Source: a virus. From it: 37,126 nt of DNA. The stretch spans positions 1 to 37,126 of IMG/VR virus record IMGVR_UViG_3300045988_013563, one strand, 5' to 3'. Numbering within the stretch: position 1 is the first letter of the stretch; every line of letters begins with the position of its first letter. Under the pieces are notes generated by a model that did no database searches, had not been told where the DNA came from, and worked only from the letters and a program-made list of their open reading frames with translations. The position numbers were made by a program, and so were the translations under genes. This document shows, one piece after another, positions 16,240 through 23,013 of the stretch.

Positions 16240-17073
16240 ATGAAAATCACCACAGCAAAAGGGATCCTTGAAGGCGAAAGCATCGAGGCAATCCTCGAAA
16301 AACACGGGCGCGACTGCCTACGTGGTGCAAACCTGCACGAGGTTGACTTAAGTAATGCCGACCTACGTGGTGCCAGCCTGCGCAATGCGAACCTGCGCAA
16401 TGCCTACCTGCGTGGTGCCAAACTGAGCGGTGCGTGCCTGCGCAATGCGAACCTGCGCAATGCCTACCTGCGTGGTGCCAAACTGAGCGGTGCGTGCCTG
16501 TACAATGCAAACCTGAGCAATGCCTACCTGTGTTACTCCAACCTGCGTGGTGCGGACCTAACCTTTGCAAATTTGTACCATGCGAACCTGCGTGGTGCAG
16601 ACATGTGTGGTGTATGCCTGTTTGGTGCAGACCTACGTGGTGCAAACCTGTGTTACTCCAACCTGCGTGGTGCAAACCTGCGTGGCGCAAACCTGTGCAA
16701 TGCCAACGGCGCAGACCTTATCGAGGCGCAGTCGCGCATAATACCAGACGAAGGCGACATCATCGGCTGGAAAAAAGCGCAGACAAGAGACGAGAATCCA
16801 GTCATTGTAAAACTGCTTATCCCAGCCGACGCGCAACGCTCCAATACCATGTGGCGTAAATGTCGCGCCAACAAAGCACGAGTGCTTGATCTGCAAGACC
16901 CTGACGGCAACAGTCTCAAGCCTGATACCGTCGCGTACAGCGTACACGATCCGGAATTTACATATAGGCTTGGTGACACGGTGGAATCTAACGGATTTGA
17001 CCCTGACCGGTGGACTGTGTGCGTTCCCGGCATCCACTTCTTCATCACCCGCGCCGAGGCAGCTGCATATTAG
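16240..17073 (+). CDS. Pentapeptide-repeat protein with conserved phage C-terminal domain (DUF5758-like)
   Basis: About 26-27 consecutive A(D/N)LXX-type pentads (ANLHEVDLSNADLRGASLRNANLRNAYLRGAKLSGACL...). The C-terminal ~125 aa end in WTVCVPGIHFFITRAEAAAY. ATG 16240 follows GAAAGGAA. Confidence 0.85.
   Translation: MKITTAKGILEGESIEAILEKHGRDCLRGANLHEVDLSNADLRGASLRNANLRNAYLRGAKLSGACLRNANLRNAYLRGAKLSGACLYNANLSNAYLCYSNLRGADLTFANLYHANLRGADMCGVCLFGADLRGANLCYSNLRGANLRGANLCNANGADLIEAQSRIIPDEGDIIGWKKAQTRDENPVIVKLLIPADAQRSNTMWRKCRANKARVLDLQDPDGNSLKPDTVAYSVHDPEFTYRLGDTVESNGFDPDRWTVCVPGIHFFITRAEAAAY
16381..16500 (+). repeat. Perfect 60-nt tandem duplication inside the pentapeptide-repeat gene
   Basis: 16381..16440 is identical to 16441..16500 (cgcaatgcgaacctgcgcaatgcctacctgcgtggtgccaaactgagcggtgcgtgcctg). 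This equals 20 aa, or 4 pentads. Confidence 0.98.
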
Positions 17074-17142
17074 GGACAGCGTGCGGAGACACCCAAAACC
17101 AAAACAAGGAAACACCCAAGCCACCAAACGAAAGGAACCGCC

Positions 17143-17316
17143 ATGATGCTCACACCAAAGGAAGTGAGAATGGCACAGCTCACCACACACCGATTCCGCG
17201 AAGGCTACGACACAGACGAAGTGGATGACCTGCTGGACGCTTGCGCAGACACTATCGAAACCCTCGCCAAAGTACTCGAATCCATCATAAAAGCGAAAGG
17301 AAACACCAATGAGTAA
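17143..17316 (+). CDS. DivIVA-domain miniprotein (57 aa; missing from the ORF track)
   Basis: MMLTPKEVRMAQLTTHRFREGYDTDEVDDLLDACADTIETLAKVLESIIKAKGNTNE. LTPxEV...F...GYDxxEVDxxLD is the DivIVA N-terminal domain signature. RBS is GAAAGGAA. Confidence 0.75.
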   Translation: MMLTPKEVRMAQLTTHRFREGYDTDEVDDLLDACADTIETLAKVLESIIKAKGNTNE

Positions 17317-17395
17317 GACGGATACTCGGCAAAAGTTGAATAATCTTGCCAAATACATGCAGTTTTTCGGTGATGAGCCATTCTGTTCACGATGA
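17309..17395 (+). CDS. 28-aa ORF (MSKTDTRQKLNNLAKYMQFFGDEPFCSR), possibly the 5' half of a frameshifted gene
   Basis: The ATG overlaps the end of the DivIVA gene. RBS is AAAGGAAA. The ORF terminates 23 nt into the next ORF. Confidence 0.35.
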   Translation: MSKTDTRQKLNNLAKYMQFFGDEPFCSR

Positions 17396-17516
17396 CGAAA
17401 AAGGCGAAATACGACCAACACCACGCTTGTATATCGACATGGATCAAGATCTCTCAGTGGGGCATCATCGCGTCTATGTCATCGAAGTCAACACCAAGAA
17501 TGGGGAAAACAAATGA
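17373..17516 (+). CDS. 47-aa ORF (MSHSVHDDEKGEIRPTPRLYIDMDQDLSVGHHRVYVIEVNTKNGENK)
   Basis: Protein-like composition. Its stop overlaps the start of the next gene (ATGA at 17513). It is in the +1 frame relative to 17309..17395. Confidence 0.45.
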   Translation: MSHSVHDDEKGEIRPTPRLYIDMDQDLSVGHHRVYVIEVNTKNGENK

Positions 17517-17725
17517 ACCAGACACCCAACCCTCCAACACCTCCGACACTCCACGAAACCGGATGCCTGCTGCTCGCATCAAGCGGCTTCTACATCCGCA
17601 TCAATGAGGACGGCAGCGCCAGCCTCGTTGACGGCATCCAAGACGTCACACTCGCGGACTTCACGCCAGCGGAAATTGAAGGCATCGCATACGCGCTCAA
17701 TGAAATGACAGGAAACACAAGATGA
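17513..17725 (+). CDS. Hypothetical protein (70 aa)
   Basis: Coupled at both ends by ATGA overlaps. No recognisable motif. Confidence 0.6.
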   Translation: MNQTPNPPTPPTLHETGCLLLASSGFYIRINEDGSASLVDGIQDVTLADFTPAEIEGIAYALNEMTGNTR

Positions 17726-17871
17726 AAAGGACTGGAGACAGACAAATGACCAGCCATGAAAGCGAATTTCAGCGGCGTGACCACAGCACACACACAGACA
17801 GGAATCCGAAGCAACTGGAAGCGACGCGACGAAGCACGAAAACGCGAAATCGCCAGCTCGAAGGACAATAA
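17722..17871 (+). CDS. Possible 49-aa basic ORF (alternative to 17756..17974)
   Basis: ATGA coupling to the upstream gene. Product is MKRTGDRQMTSHESEFQRRDHSTHTDRNPKQLEATRRSTKTRNRQLEGQ. The frame choice is ambiguous. Confidence 0.3.
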   Translation: MKRTGDRQMTSHESEFQRRDHSTHTDRNPKQLEATRRSTKTRNRQLEGQ

Positions 17872-17974
17872 GCGCATGTCCAGCCTGATCATGAGCGAGA
17901 TGGCAAGTGAAATCGCTGAACTTCGGAAGCCTAAGCCCACGATTGGAAGGCTTGAAAATGGCAAGGAAGCATGA
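17756..17974 (+). CDS. Possible 72-aa ORF (alternative frame; may instead start at ATG 17876)
   Basis: Listed ORF with no RBS at 17756. GAAGGA precedes the internal ATG at 17876 (MSSLIMSEMASEIAELRKPKPTIGRLENGKEA). Confidence 0.3.
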   Translation: MKANFSGVTTAHTQTGIRSNWKRRDEARKREIASSKDNKRMSSLIMSEMASEIAELRKPKPTIGRLENGKEA

Positions 17975-18134
17975 GATACGGGAAACGCCACACGATACGA
18001 AGTCGAGAACCTACCAGCTTACCGTGCATTATCTTGACCTTGGGTATCAGGCTGAGACTGTCGCTGAAATCGTCGCCATGAGCGTGGAGTATGTGCGTGG
18101 TGTAGAAGAGTATGAATCACGGTGTCGTGTTTGA
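17958..18134 (+). CDS. 58-aa HTH-like protein closing the operon
   Basis: MARKHEIRETPHDTKSRTYQLTVHYLDLGYQAETVAEIVAMSVEYVRGVEEYESRCRV has a helix-turn-helix-like core, GYQAETVAEIVAMSVEYVRGV. GGAAGG RBS lies 7 nt upstream. Confidence 0.55.
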   Translation: MARKHEIRETPHDTKSRTYQLTVHYLDLGYQAETVAEIVAMSVEYVRGVEEYESRCRV

Positions 18135-18139
18135 CGATT

Positions 18140-18212
18140 CTTCGGCGTGCCGCTCATATATAGGTGTATAGTGGTAGTTACAGACAAGGAACACCCGAGA
18201 AAGGAACCAGAA
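18140..18212 (+). promoter_or_regulatory. Promoter + leader cassette B (paralogue of 16166..16239)
   Basis: CTTCGGCGTG...TATAGGTGTATAGT (-10 at 18167..18172), then the leader ...CCCGAGAAAGGAACCAGAA-ATG. Confidence 0.6.
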
Positions 18213-18761
18213 ATGACCACGAATGAAACCGAGAGAGACAAGGCCCTGCAAGAAGTCATCGACTTCTGCACTAACTGGGCGAATGCGATTTACGACGATA
18301 AGGAAGGCGATTACTACGCGGACTTCATGCAGATCGATGCTCTGACTCGTGTGATTCGCAAATGCCGTTCCATGCTCGGCAGCGGCTCCATGCCGTCCGA
18401 TGTGCCGAATCAAAGCGAGGATGCGAATGTGAGGGGAGGTAAACCGATAGACAATGATCAGGAGCATGCGGTGTGGCGTGAAAGCATCGAAAAATACGGC
18501 AAGGAGACGCAAAGCATCGTCTGCATGGAGGAATGCTCCGAACTCATCCAAGCCGTCAGCAAGCTTCTTCGCGGCAAGACTGACGCCACCGACAATCTTG
18601 CGGAGGAAATGGCCGACGTGATCATCTGCCTGCACCTGCTCAAGGAAATGTACGACATCACCGACGAGCAGTTAAATGAATGGATCGCACGCAAGACGGC
18701 AAGGCAATCCAAGCGAATGCAGGCTGACGATCTGGAAAAAGCAGCGAAGGACGCGAAATGA
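18213..18761 (+). CDS. MazG-like nucleotide pyrophosphohydrolase with an ~80-aa N-terminal extension
   Basis: C-terminal half CMEECSELIQAVSKLLRGK...LAEEMADVIICLHLL is the MazG EExxE/D helix pattern. ATG 18213 follows GAAAGGAA. Confidence 0.7.
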   Translation: MTTNETERDKALQEVIDFCTNWANAIYDDKEGDYYADFMQIDALTRVIRKCRSMLGSGSMPSDVPNQSEDANVRGGKPIDNDQEHAVWRESIEKYGKETQSIVCMEECSELIQAVSKLLRGKTDATDNLAEEMADVIICLHLLKEMYDITDEQLNEWIARKTARQSKRMQADDLEKAAKDAK

Positions 18762-19039
18762 ACGATGTGCTAGACCTTCTCCCGCATGACATGGCTCTGC
18801 GCGTGGAACTCGATTGCGGTGAAACATATTACCTGAAAAGTGGATGGAAAGAATGCTGTGACGGGATCTATGGGCTTGCTTGCGGATACGCGTCTAGCGG
18901 ATGCGAGTATTACGCAGGAGGCCTTACGTGGTTTAAAGATCCGAGTCTCATCGCGATCATGAAGAGCCACGTGAAGCTAGCGGTCCCATTTGACGAACAC
19001 GAAACCGAAACCACCAAGCAAAGCGAGGATGCGAAATGA
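18758..19039 (+). CDS. Hypothetical Cys-rich protein (93 aa)
   Basis: ATGA coupling to the upstream gene. No recognised motif. Confidence 0.55.
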   Translation: MNDVLDLLPHDMALRVELDCGETYYLKSGWKECCDGIYGLACGYASSGCEYYAGGLTWFKDPSLIAIMKSHVKLAVPFDEHETETTKQSEDAK

Positions 19040-19114
19040 GCGCTCAATACAAGGTTTGCCCGCTGTTTTGGGCTGATCGCGGCAGTGACCGTCACTTAGT
19101 CAATATGGAGGCTA

Positions 19115-19369
19115 ATGATGATTAGTAAATACGACAAGGACATGTGTTGCCTGTATATCGCTGAGGGGATGAGCTACATCTGGCAACAACGAGGGGGCCA
19201 AGAGCTTTCCCGAATGCTTGAATCATTGGCCGATAGGAAGCTCATGAAGCGTGTCCATGGCGGGTATGCGATCACACTCAAGGGCCTGTTGGCAGTCAAG
19301 GCGTGGAGACTTCACCTGTTCCTGTTCCATCACCACGATGAATACAAGTACTTCAGGAGGAAGAAATGA
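19115..19369 (+). CDS. Hypothetical protein (84 aa), possible winged helix
   Basis: GGAGG RBS. ...LADRKLMKRVHGGYAITLKGLLAV resembles a wHTH wing. Confidence 0.55.
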   Translation: MMISKYDKDMCCLYIAEGMSYIWQQRGGQELSRMLESLADRKLMKRVHGGYAITLKGLLAVKAWRLHLFLFHHHDEYKYFRRKK

Positions 19370-19842
19370 GCAGGGCTGAGACCACCGCCATGCTATCCAA
19401 ACTGGTGGAAAAGCGTTTGAAGAATCAGACCGCTTTTTGGGCAAGTGAGGTCAATTTCGACCGGAACACGCCTGACGAGCGGCGAGTGGATTTCGTGGGT
19501 TTCCAACCGTGGAACATCAACGGCGAGCCAGTGCCAGCGAGCGTGGAGAAAGGCTGCTTCGAGTTCTATGAGGTGAAGTCGTGTATGGCTGACTTCACGA
19601 GCGGCAACGGTCTGACTTTCTACGGCGACCATAACTATTTGGTCTGCACGAAGGAACTGTGCGACGAGATCGTATGGCAGAAGATGGTGCCGGAGCGCGT
19701 GAACGCGATCCTGACACCGGATTCGACCGGTTCGAAACTGATTCTCGGCCACGTGCAGTCCAACCACGACCTGTCATACAGGCGGCGTCCGGCAAGCGAA
19801 ATCCTGTGGGCAATGGTCAAAGCGAACGGAAAGAGAAGCTGA
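19366..19842 (+). CDS. PD-(D/E)XK nuclease-fold protein (MmcB-like)
   Basis: ASEVNF...RRVDFVGF...FEFYEVKSCMADFTSGNGLTFYGDHNYLV contains the E...D...E-x-K arrangement. Confidence 0.55.
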   Translation: MSRAETTAMLSKLVEKRLKNQTAFWASEVNFDRNTPDERRVDFVGFQPWNINGEPVPASVEKGCFEFYEVKSCMADFTSGNGLTFYGDHNYLVCTKELCDEIVWQKMVPERVNAILTPDSTGSKLILGHVQSNHDLSYRRRPASEILWAMVKANGKRS

Positions 19843-19851
19843 GGACGATAA

Positions 19852-20541
19852 ATGACAGCCAAGGAAATCCGATTCGCCGGTTCGCCTGAAGAAATCAGCA
19901 AGGCGTGGCATGAGCAGCGTGATAAAGGCGTAGGCGGATCAGACGTGGGCGTGATCATGGGCGTGAACCCCTATAAGGGCCTCGTGACACTATGGCGTGA
20001 GAAAACCGGCAAAACTAAGCCTGAAGACATTAGCCACAAACCGGCGGTAATCCTCGGCAATGCCGTGGAGCCTGCACTACGCGATGAATACGCCTACAGG
20101 CACCCTAACGTCAAGGTCGAAGAACCACAATACATGCTCCAAGACGAGACGAATCCGTGGCGGCAAGCCTCACTAGACGGAGTGCTGACCTACGAGGACG
20201 GCAGGAAGGAAGTGCTGGAAATAAAGACGGTAGGCTGGCCTAGCGCCGAATACTGGGAGCCGGACACCGTGCCGATATCATACGTCTGCCAAGTCATGCA
20301 CTATATGGCGGTAAGCGGATACCGGCAAGCGCAACTAATCGCCATGATAGGCAATAGTCGGATAATCGAACGCTCTGTTGAACGTGACGAACTGCTGATA
20401 GAGATGATCGAGGACGCTGTGGACGAATTCTGGGATCACGTCCAAGCGGATACGCCACCATTGCGACATAACCCCACGATGGAATTCAAAGAACGAGTCA
20501 GTCGCGTATGCTATGACCCGGACAACATTCCACTATTCTAA
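19852..20541 (+). CDS. YqaJ-type (lambda Exo-like) recombination exonuclease
   Basis: GGSDVGVIMGVNPYKGLVTLWREKTGK...LGNAVEPALRDEY...SLDGV...LEIKT...QVMHYMAVSG is the YqaJ pattern. Confidence 0.8.
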   Translation: MTAKEIRFAGSPEEISKAWHEQRDKGVGGSDVGVIMGVNPYKGLVTLWREKTGKTKPEDISHKPAVILGNAVEPALRDEYAYRHPNVKVEEPQYMLQDETNPWRQASLDGVLTYEDGRKEVLEIKTVGWPSAEYWEPDTVPISYVCQVMHYMAVSGYRQAQLIAMIGNSRIIERSVERDELLIEMIEDAVDEFWDHVQADTPPLRHNPTMEFKERVSRVCYDPDNIPLF

Positions 20542-20557
20542 AAGGAAGAAGAACACA

Positions 20558-20701
20558 ATGAAAAAAGTGTTGAAAGACATGATCATCAAATGGCATGAGC
20601 GCGGCTACACGGTGGACGAAATCGCACCACTGGTACCACAAGTCCCACGCATGGAGATCGAAACGCTACTCAAACAATACGAAAAGGACAAGCAAAAATG
20701 A
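20558..20701 (+). CDS. Hypothetical small protein (47 aa)
   Basis: ATG 20558 follows AAAGGAAGAAG. Product is MKKVLKDMIIKWHERGYTVDEIAPLVPQVPRMEIETLLKQYEKDKQK, possibly an HTH. Confidence 0.5.
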   Translation: MKKVLKDMIIKWHERGYTVDEIAPLVPQVPRMEIETLLKQYEKDKQK

Positions 20702-20766
20702 TTGACACAACAATCACATTTTGCCTAATCGCCTTGGCAATCCTGATCGGATACTTGGGAAGGTAA
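20698..20766 (+). CDS. 22-aa single-TM peptide (MIDTTITFCLIALAILIGYLGR)
   Basis: ATGA overlap with the upstream stop. Its 3' end provides the RBS of the next gene. Confidence 0.4.
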   Translation: MIDTTITFCLIALAILIGYLGR

Positions 20767-20769
20767 AAA

Positions 20770-20973
20770 ATGGGCACCAGACACACCAAAGCAGCGAACG
20801 CCTACCACAAACGAGCCTCAAAACAGTACCATCTCGAACTCCACAAGGAAAACGACGCGGACATCATCAACCGACTGGACAGCGTGAAAAACAAGCAAGG
20901 CTTCATCAAGGCGCTGATTAGAGACGATATCAAGCGAGGACACAACAATGAGGAAGCTAGACCAGCCAAGTAG
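20770..20973 (+). CDS. Hypothetical small DNA-binding-like protein (67 aa)
   Basis: AYHKRASKQYHLELHKENDADIINRLDSVKNKQGFIKALIRDDI resembles the Arc/RHH-type small phage regulators seen in Gram-positive phages. Confidence 0.55.
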   Translation: MGTRHTKAANAYHKRASKQYHLELHKENDADIINRLDSVKNKQGFIKALIRDDIKRGHNNEEARPAK

Positions 20974-21310
20974 CGAAACATGCGAAATCGTAGACCAACG
21001 AGACGGTAGAAGTTGCGCAAGATGCGGAAAATCGCTTTATACCGTGTATGGAGCGCGACACCACAGGAAACTACGATCACAAGCATCTAAGGCTGAGAAA
21101 CACACTGCATCAAACCTTATCGACGTGTGCGAAGACTGCCACAGGTGGATTCATGCACACCCAAAAGAAGCGTATGAGCATGGCTGGCTCGTCCACGCTT
21201 GGGACGAACCATACAAGGTGCCAGTAGACCACGCATATTGGGGGAGATGTTTTCTTTGGAACGATGGCACCGCGGCGACTATCCCAGAGCCTGAATTGCA
21301 TCAGAAGTAA
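20948..21310 (+). CDS. HNH endonuclease (small)
   Basis: CARCGK...HHRKLRSQ...NLIDVCEDCHRWIH is an HNH/zinc-finger motif. GAGGA RBS. Confidence 0.75.
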   Translation: MRKLDQPSSETCEIVDQRDGRSCARCGKSLYTVYGARHHRKLRSQASKAEKHTASNLIDVCEDCHRWIHAHPKEAYEHGWLVHAWDEPYKVPVDHAYWGRCFLWNDGTAATIPEPELHQK

Positions 21311-21416
21311 AAGGAAAAGGGCATGGTCAAAAGCCATGCCCTAACTGACAAAGAAAGGAATACCCAAAATGAGTACACGACAAGTATAGCACGCGAAATG
21401 TCCCGCAAATCCCATG

Positions 21417-21458
21417 CTAATCACGATATAATCACAATTAGAAAAAGCGAGTGATTAG
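21417..21458 (+). promoter_or_regulatory. TATAAT box bracketed by an 8-bp inverted repeat (operator-like)
   Basis: ctaatcac (21417..21424) / gtgattag (21451..21458). TATAAT at 21427..21432. A second aatcac lies at 21430..21435. Confidence 0.4.
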
Positions 21459-21470
21459 AGGTCGAAAAAC

Positions 21471-21851
21471 ATGGGACTTAGCACAGAGGTAATCGTCGCC
21501 ATCGTAACAAGCGGATGCGCGGCAGTATCCAGCATATTCGTTGCCATCATCACATACGTCGGCAACAACAGAATGAAGCAGCGAGACATACAAGACACTG
21601 AATACCGCGCACGGCAAGCGCTGATCGACGCGAAACGGGAGCAGCAGCACAAGGAAAGGCAGTACTTGTACGACGCTCTACTGCGGGGGCTTGACGCAAG
21701 CCTAGCCGCAAACGAGATCAGCCTAATCGCACTCAACCACGGGCACTTGAATGGTAATGTTGGAGCTGCAATGGACAAGGTGCAAAAGGCACAAGCCAAT
21801 CTTGACGCTGCAACGAGCAAAGCAATCACACACCTTACAGATGCAGACTAA
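21471..21851 (+). CDS. Membrane-anchored coiled-coil protein (126 aa), possible lysis-related
   Basis: N-terminal TM segment VIVAIVTSGCAAVSSIFVAIITYV followed by a helical domain. First gene of the membrane-protein cluster that ends with the holin. Confidence 0.6.
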   Translation: MGLSTEVIVAIVTSGCAAVSSIFVAIITYVGNNRMKQRDIQDTEYRARQALIDAKREQQHKERQYLYDALLRGLDASLAANEISLIALNHGHLNGNVGAAMDKVQKAQANLDAATSKAITHLTDAD

Positions 21852-21872
21852 TACCGGCAGAAAGGATAAACC

Positions 21873-21947
21873 ATGAATACCGCGATCACGATCACGACAA
21901 TCATCTGCTTGACACTGGTGACCATCACGATAATCAACAAACACTGA
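21873..21947 (+). CDS. 24-aa single-TM peptide (MNTAITITTIICLTLVTITIINKH)
   Basis: GAAAGGA RBS 7 nt upstream of the ATG. Below the ORF-track size cutoff. Confidence 0.45.
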   Translation: MNTAITITTIICLTLVTITIINKH

Positions 21948-21963
21948 AAGCGAGGAAAAACCA

Positions 21964-22194
21964 ATGGACAACAAAACATACCTGCTCAACAATAAAACAT
22001 ACGAAGTATTGAAGTGGGCTGGACTGATCGCATTCCCGGCAATCGCCACCTTCATCGGCGTGATCGGCGCAGTCTGGGGCTGGCATGATACCGACGCAAT
22101 CGTGACGACACTCAACGCCATCGGCGTGCTAATCGGAGCCTTGATCGGCGTAAGCCACGCAACAGCCAAAACCGACAACAAGCAAACACACTGA
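21964..22194 (+). CDS. Holin (Dp-1-like two-TM type)
   Basis: YEVLKWAGLIAFPAIATFIGVIGAVWGW...AIVTTLNAIGVLIGALIGVSHATAK, with two TM helices and a charged C-terminus. The layout resembles the pneumococcal Dp-1 holin family. Confidence 0.6.
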   Translation: MDNKTYLLNNKTYEVLKWAGLIAFPAIATFIGVIGAVWGWHDTDAIVTTLNAIGVLIGALIGVSHATAKTDNKQTH

Positions 22195-22614
22195 ACATAA
22201 AAAATGGCTCCCACCACAACACAATGTGCTATGATGAGAGCCATAACGATTCCAACAAAGCCAGTATATCACACATACTGGGTACGGAGGTACGAAAACT
22301 CCCTAGCAATTCCCCAAGCTCGGATAACGGGGCGACCACTAACACTGGTTGATACACACGTTAGAGGTGCTAGTCCAACCGACCCGACAGGCGGCAGTGG
22401 AATAACCGGGGTGCCGACACTGCCACTCACCACGAGTAACGCGACCTGCTGGGGTATGCCGCACCAGTGTTAGCAATGCAACACTCTTATGACCGAAGCC
22501 GGGCGAACGAACGACCGACGGAAACCGTCAATAAGCCTTAACCTACAAGCAAATGTTTGTAGCTCTTAAGGCTTACTCTCTCCACCAAGCTCACTCACTC
22601 CCTCAAGAAACACT
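22195..22614 (+). other. 420-nt gene-free, structure-rich region upstream of the late operon (candidate leader/ncRNA/packaging region)
   Basis: No ORF with an RBS is present. Local hairpins lie at 22261..22281 and 22517..22529. A bipartite hairpin spans 22532..22575. An 11-nt long-range complement links 22339..22349 with 22463..22473. Confidence 0.5.
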
Positions 22615-22644
22615 ATGATAGTGATAGACATGGAGGTGACTGGA

Positions 22645-23013
22645 ATGCTTAAAGCCTGTGGATACTGCGGCAGGATGCACGACATCAATGCCACATGCCC
22701 AAAGAGACCGGCAAGACACTACCGTAAGACCGACGCAGACAAGCTACGCAACACATATCGGTGGCAGCGCAAACGCGAGCAGATCAGACAGGACGCACAC
22801 TACATGTGCGAGGTATGCAAGGCTAAAGGCATCATCACCACCAAAGGACTGGAAGTACACCACATCATCAAACTCAACACCAATCCAGACCTGCTAACCG
22901 ACGATGACAACCTGATCTGCCTGTGCGTCACCCACCACAAGCAAGCAGACGCAGGACAGATAAACCCAACCTACCTCCGACAACTCGCGCAAAAACGCCA
23001 CACAGAAAACTAA
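22645..23013 (+). CDS. Terminase-associated HNH endonuclease
   Basis: CGYCGR...C...WQRKREQIRQDAHYMCEVC...LEVHHIIKL...NLICLCVTHH. ATG 22645 follows GGAGGTGA. The gene sits at the head of the packaging module. Confidence 0.85.
   Translation: MLKACGYCGRMHDINATCPKRPARHYRKTDADKLRNTYRWQRKREQIRQDAHYMCEVCKAKGIITTKGLEVHHIIKLNTNPDLLTDDDNLICLCVTHHKQADAGQINPTYLRQLAQKRHTEN

Noticed and set aside
16247-16859. Alternative-frame ORFs over the pentapeptide-repeat gene (16247..16690 minus, 16434..16859 plus)
   Set aside because: Periodic His/Cys/Trp-rich translations arise from the 15-nt repeat periodicity. Only the A(D/N)LXX frame has an RBS and a recognisable fold signature.
17392-17607. Listed 71-aa ORF MTKKAKYDQHHACISTW...
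   Set aside because: It has no RBS, a basic low-complexity product, and overlaps two better-supported coupled ORFs (17373..17516 and 17513..17725) in other frames.
22204-22473. 89-aa ORF in the large intergenic region
   Set aside because: It has no RBS, a Thr/Pro/Gly-rich non-globular product, and does not fit the local gene-coupling pattern. The region is treated as non-coding.
22580-22587. CTCCACCA, reminiscent of a tmRNA/tRNA-Ala 3' end
   Set aside because: I found no complementary 5' acceptor strand (GGGGAGA or GGAGAGA) and no T-arm. The preceding element is a long 10+6-bp hairpin rather than a T stem-loop. This is probably coincidence.
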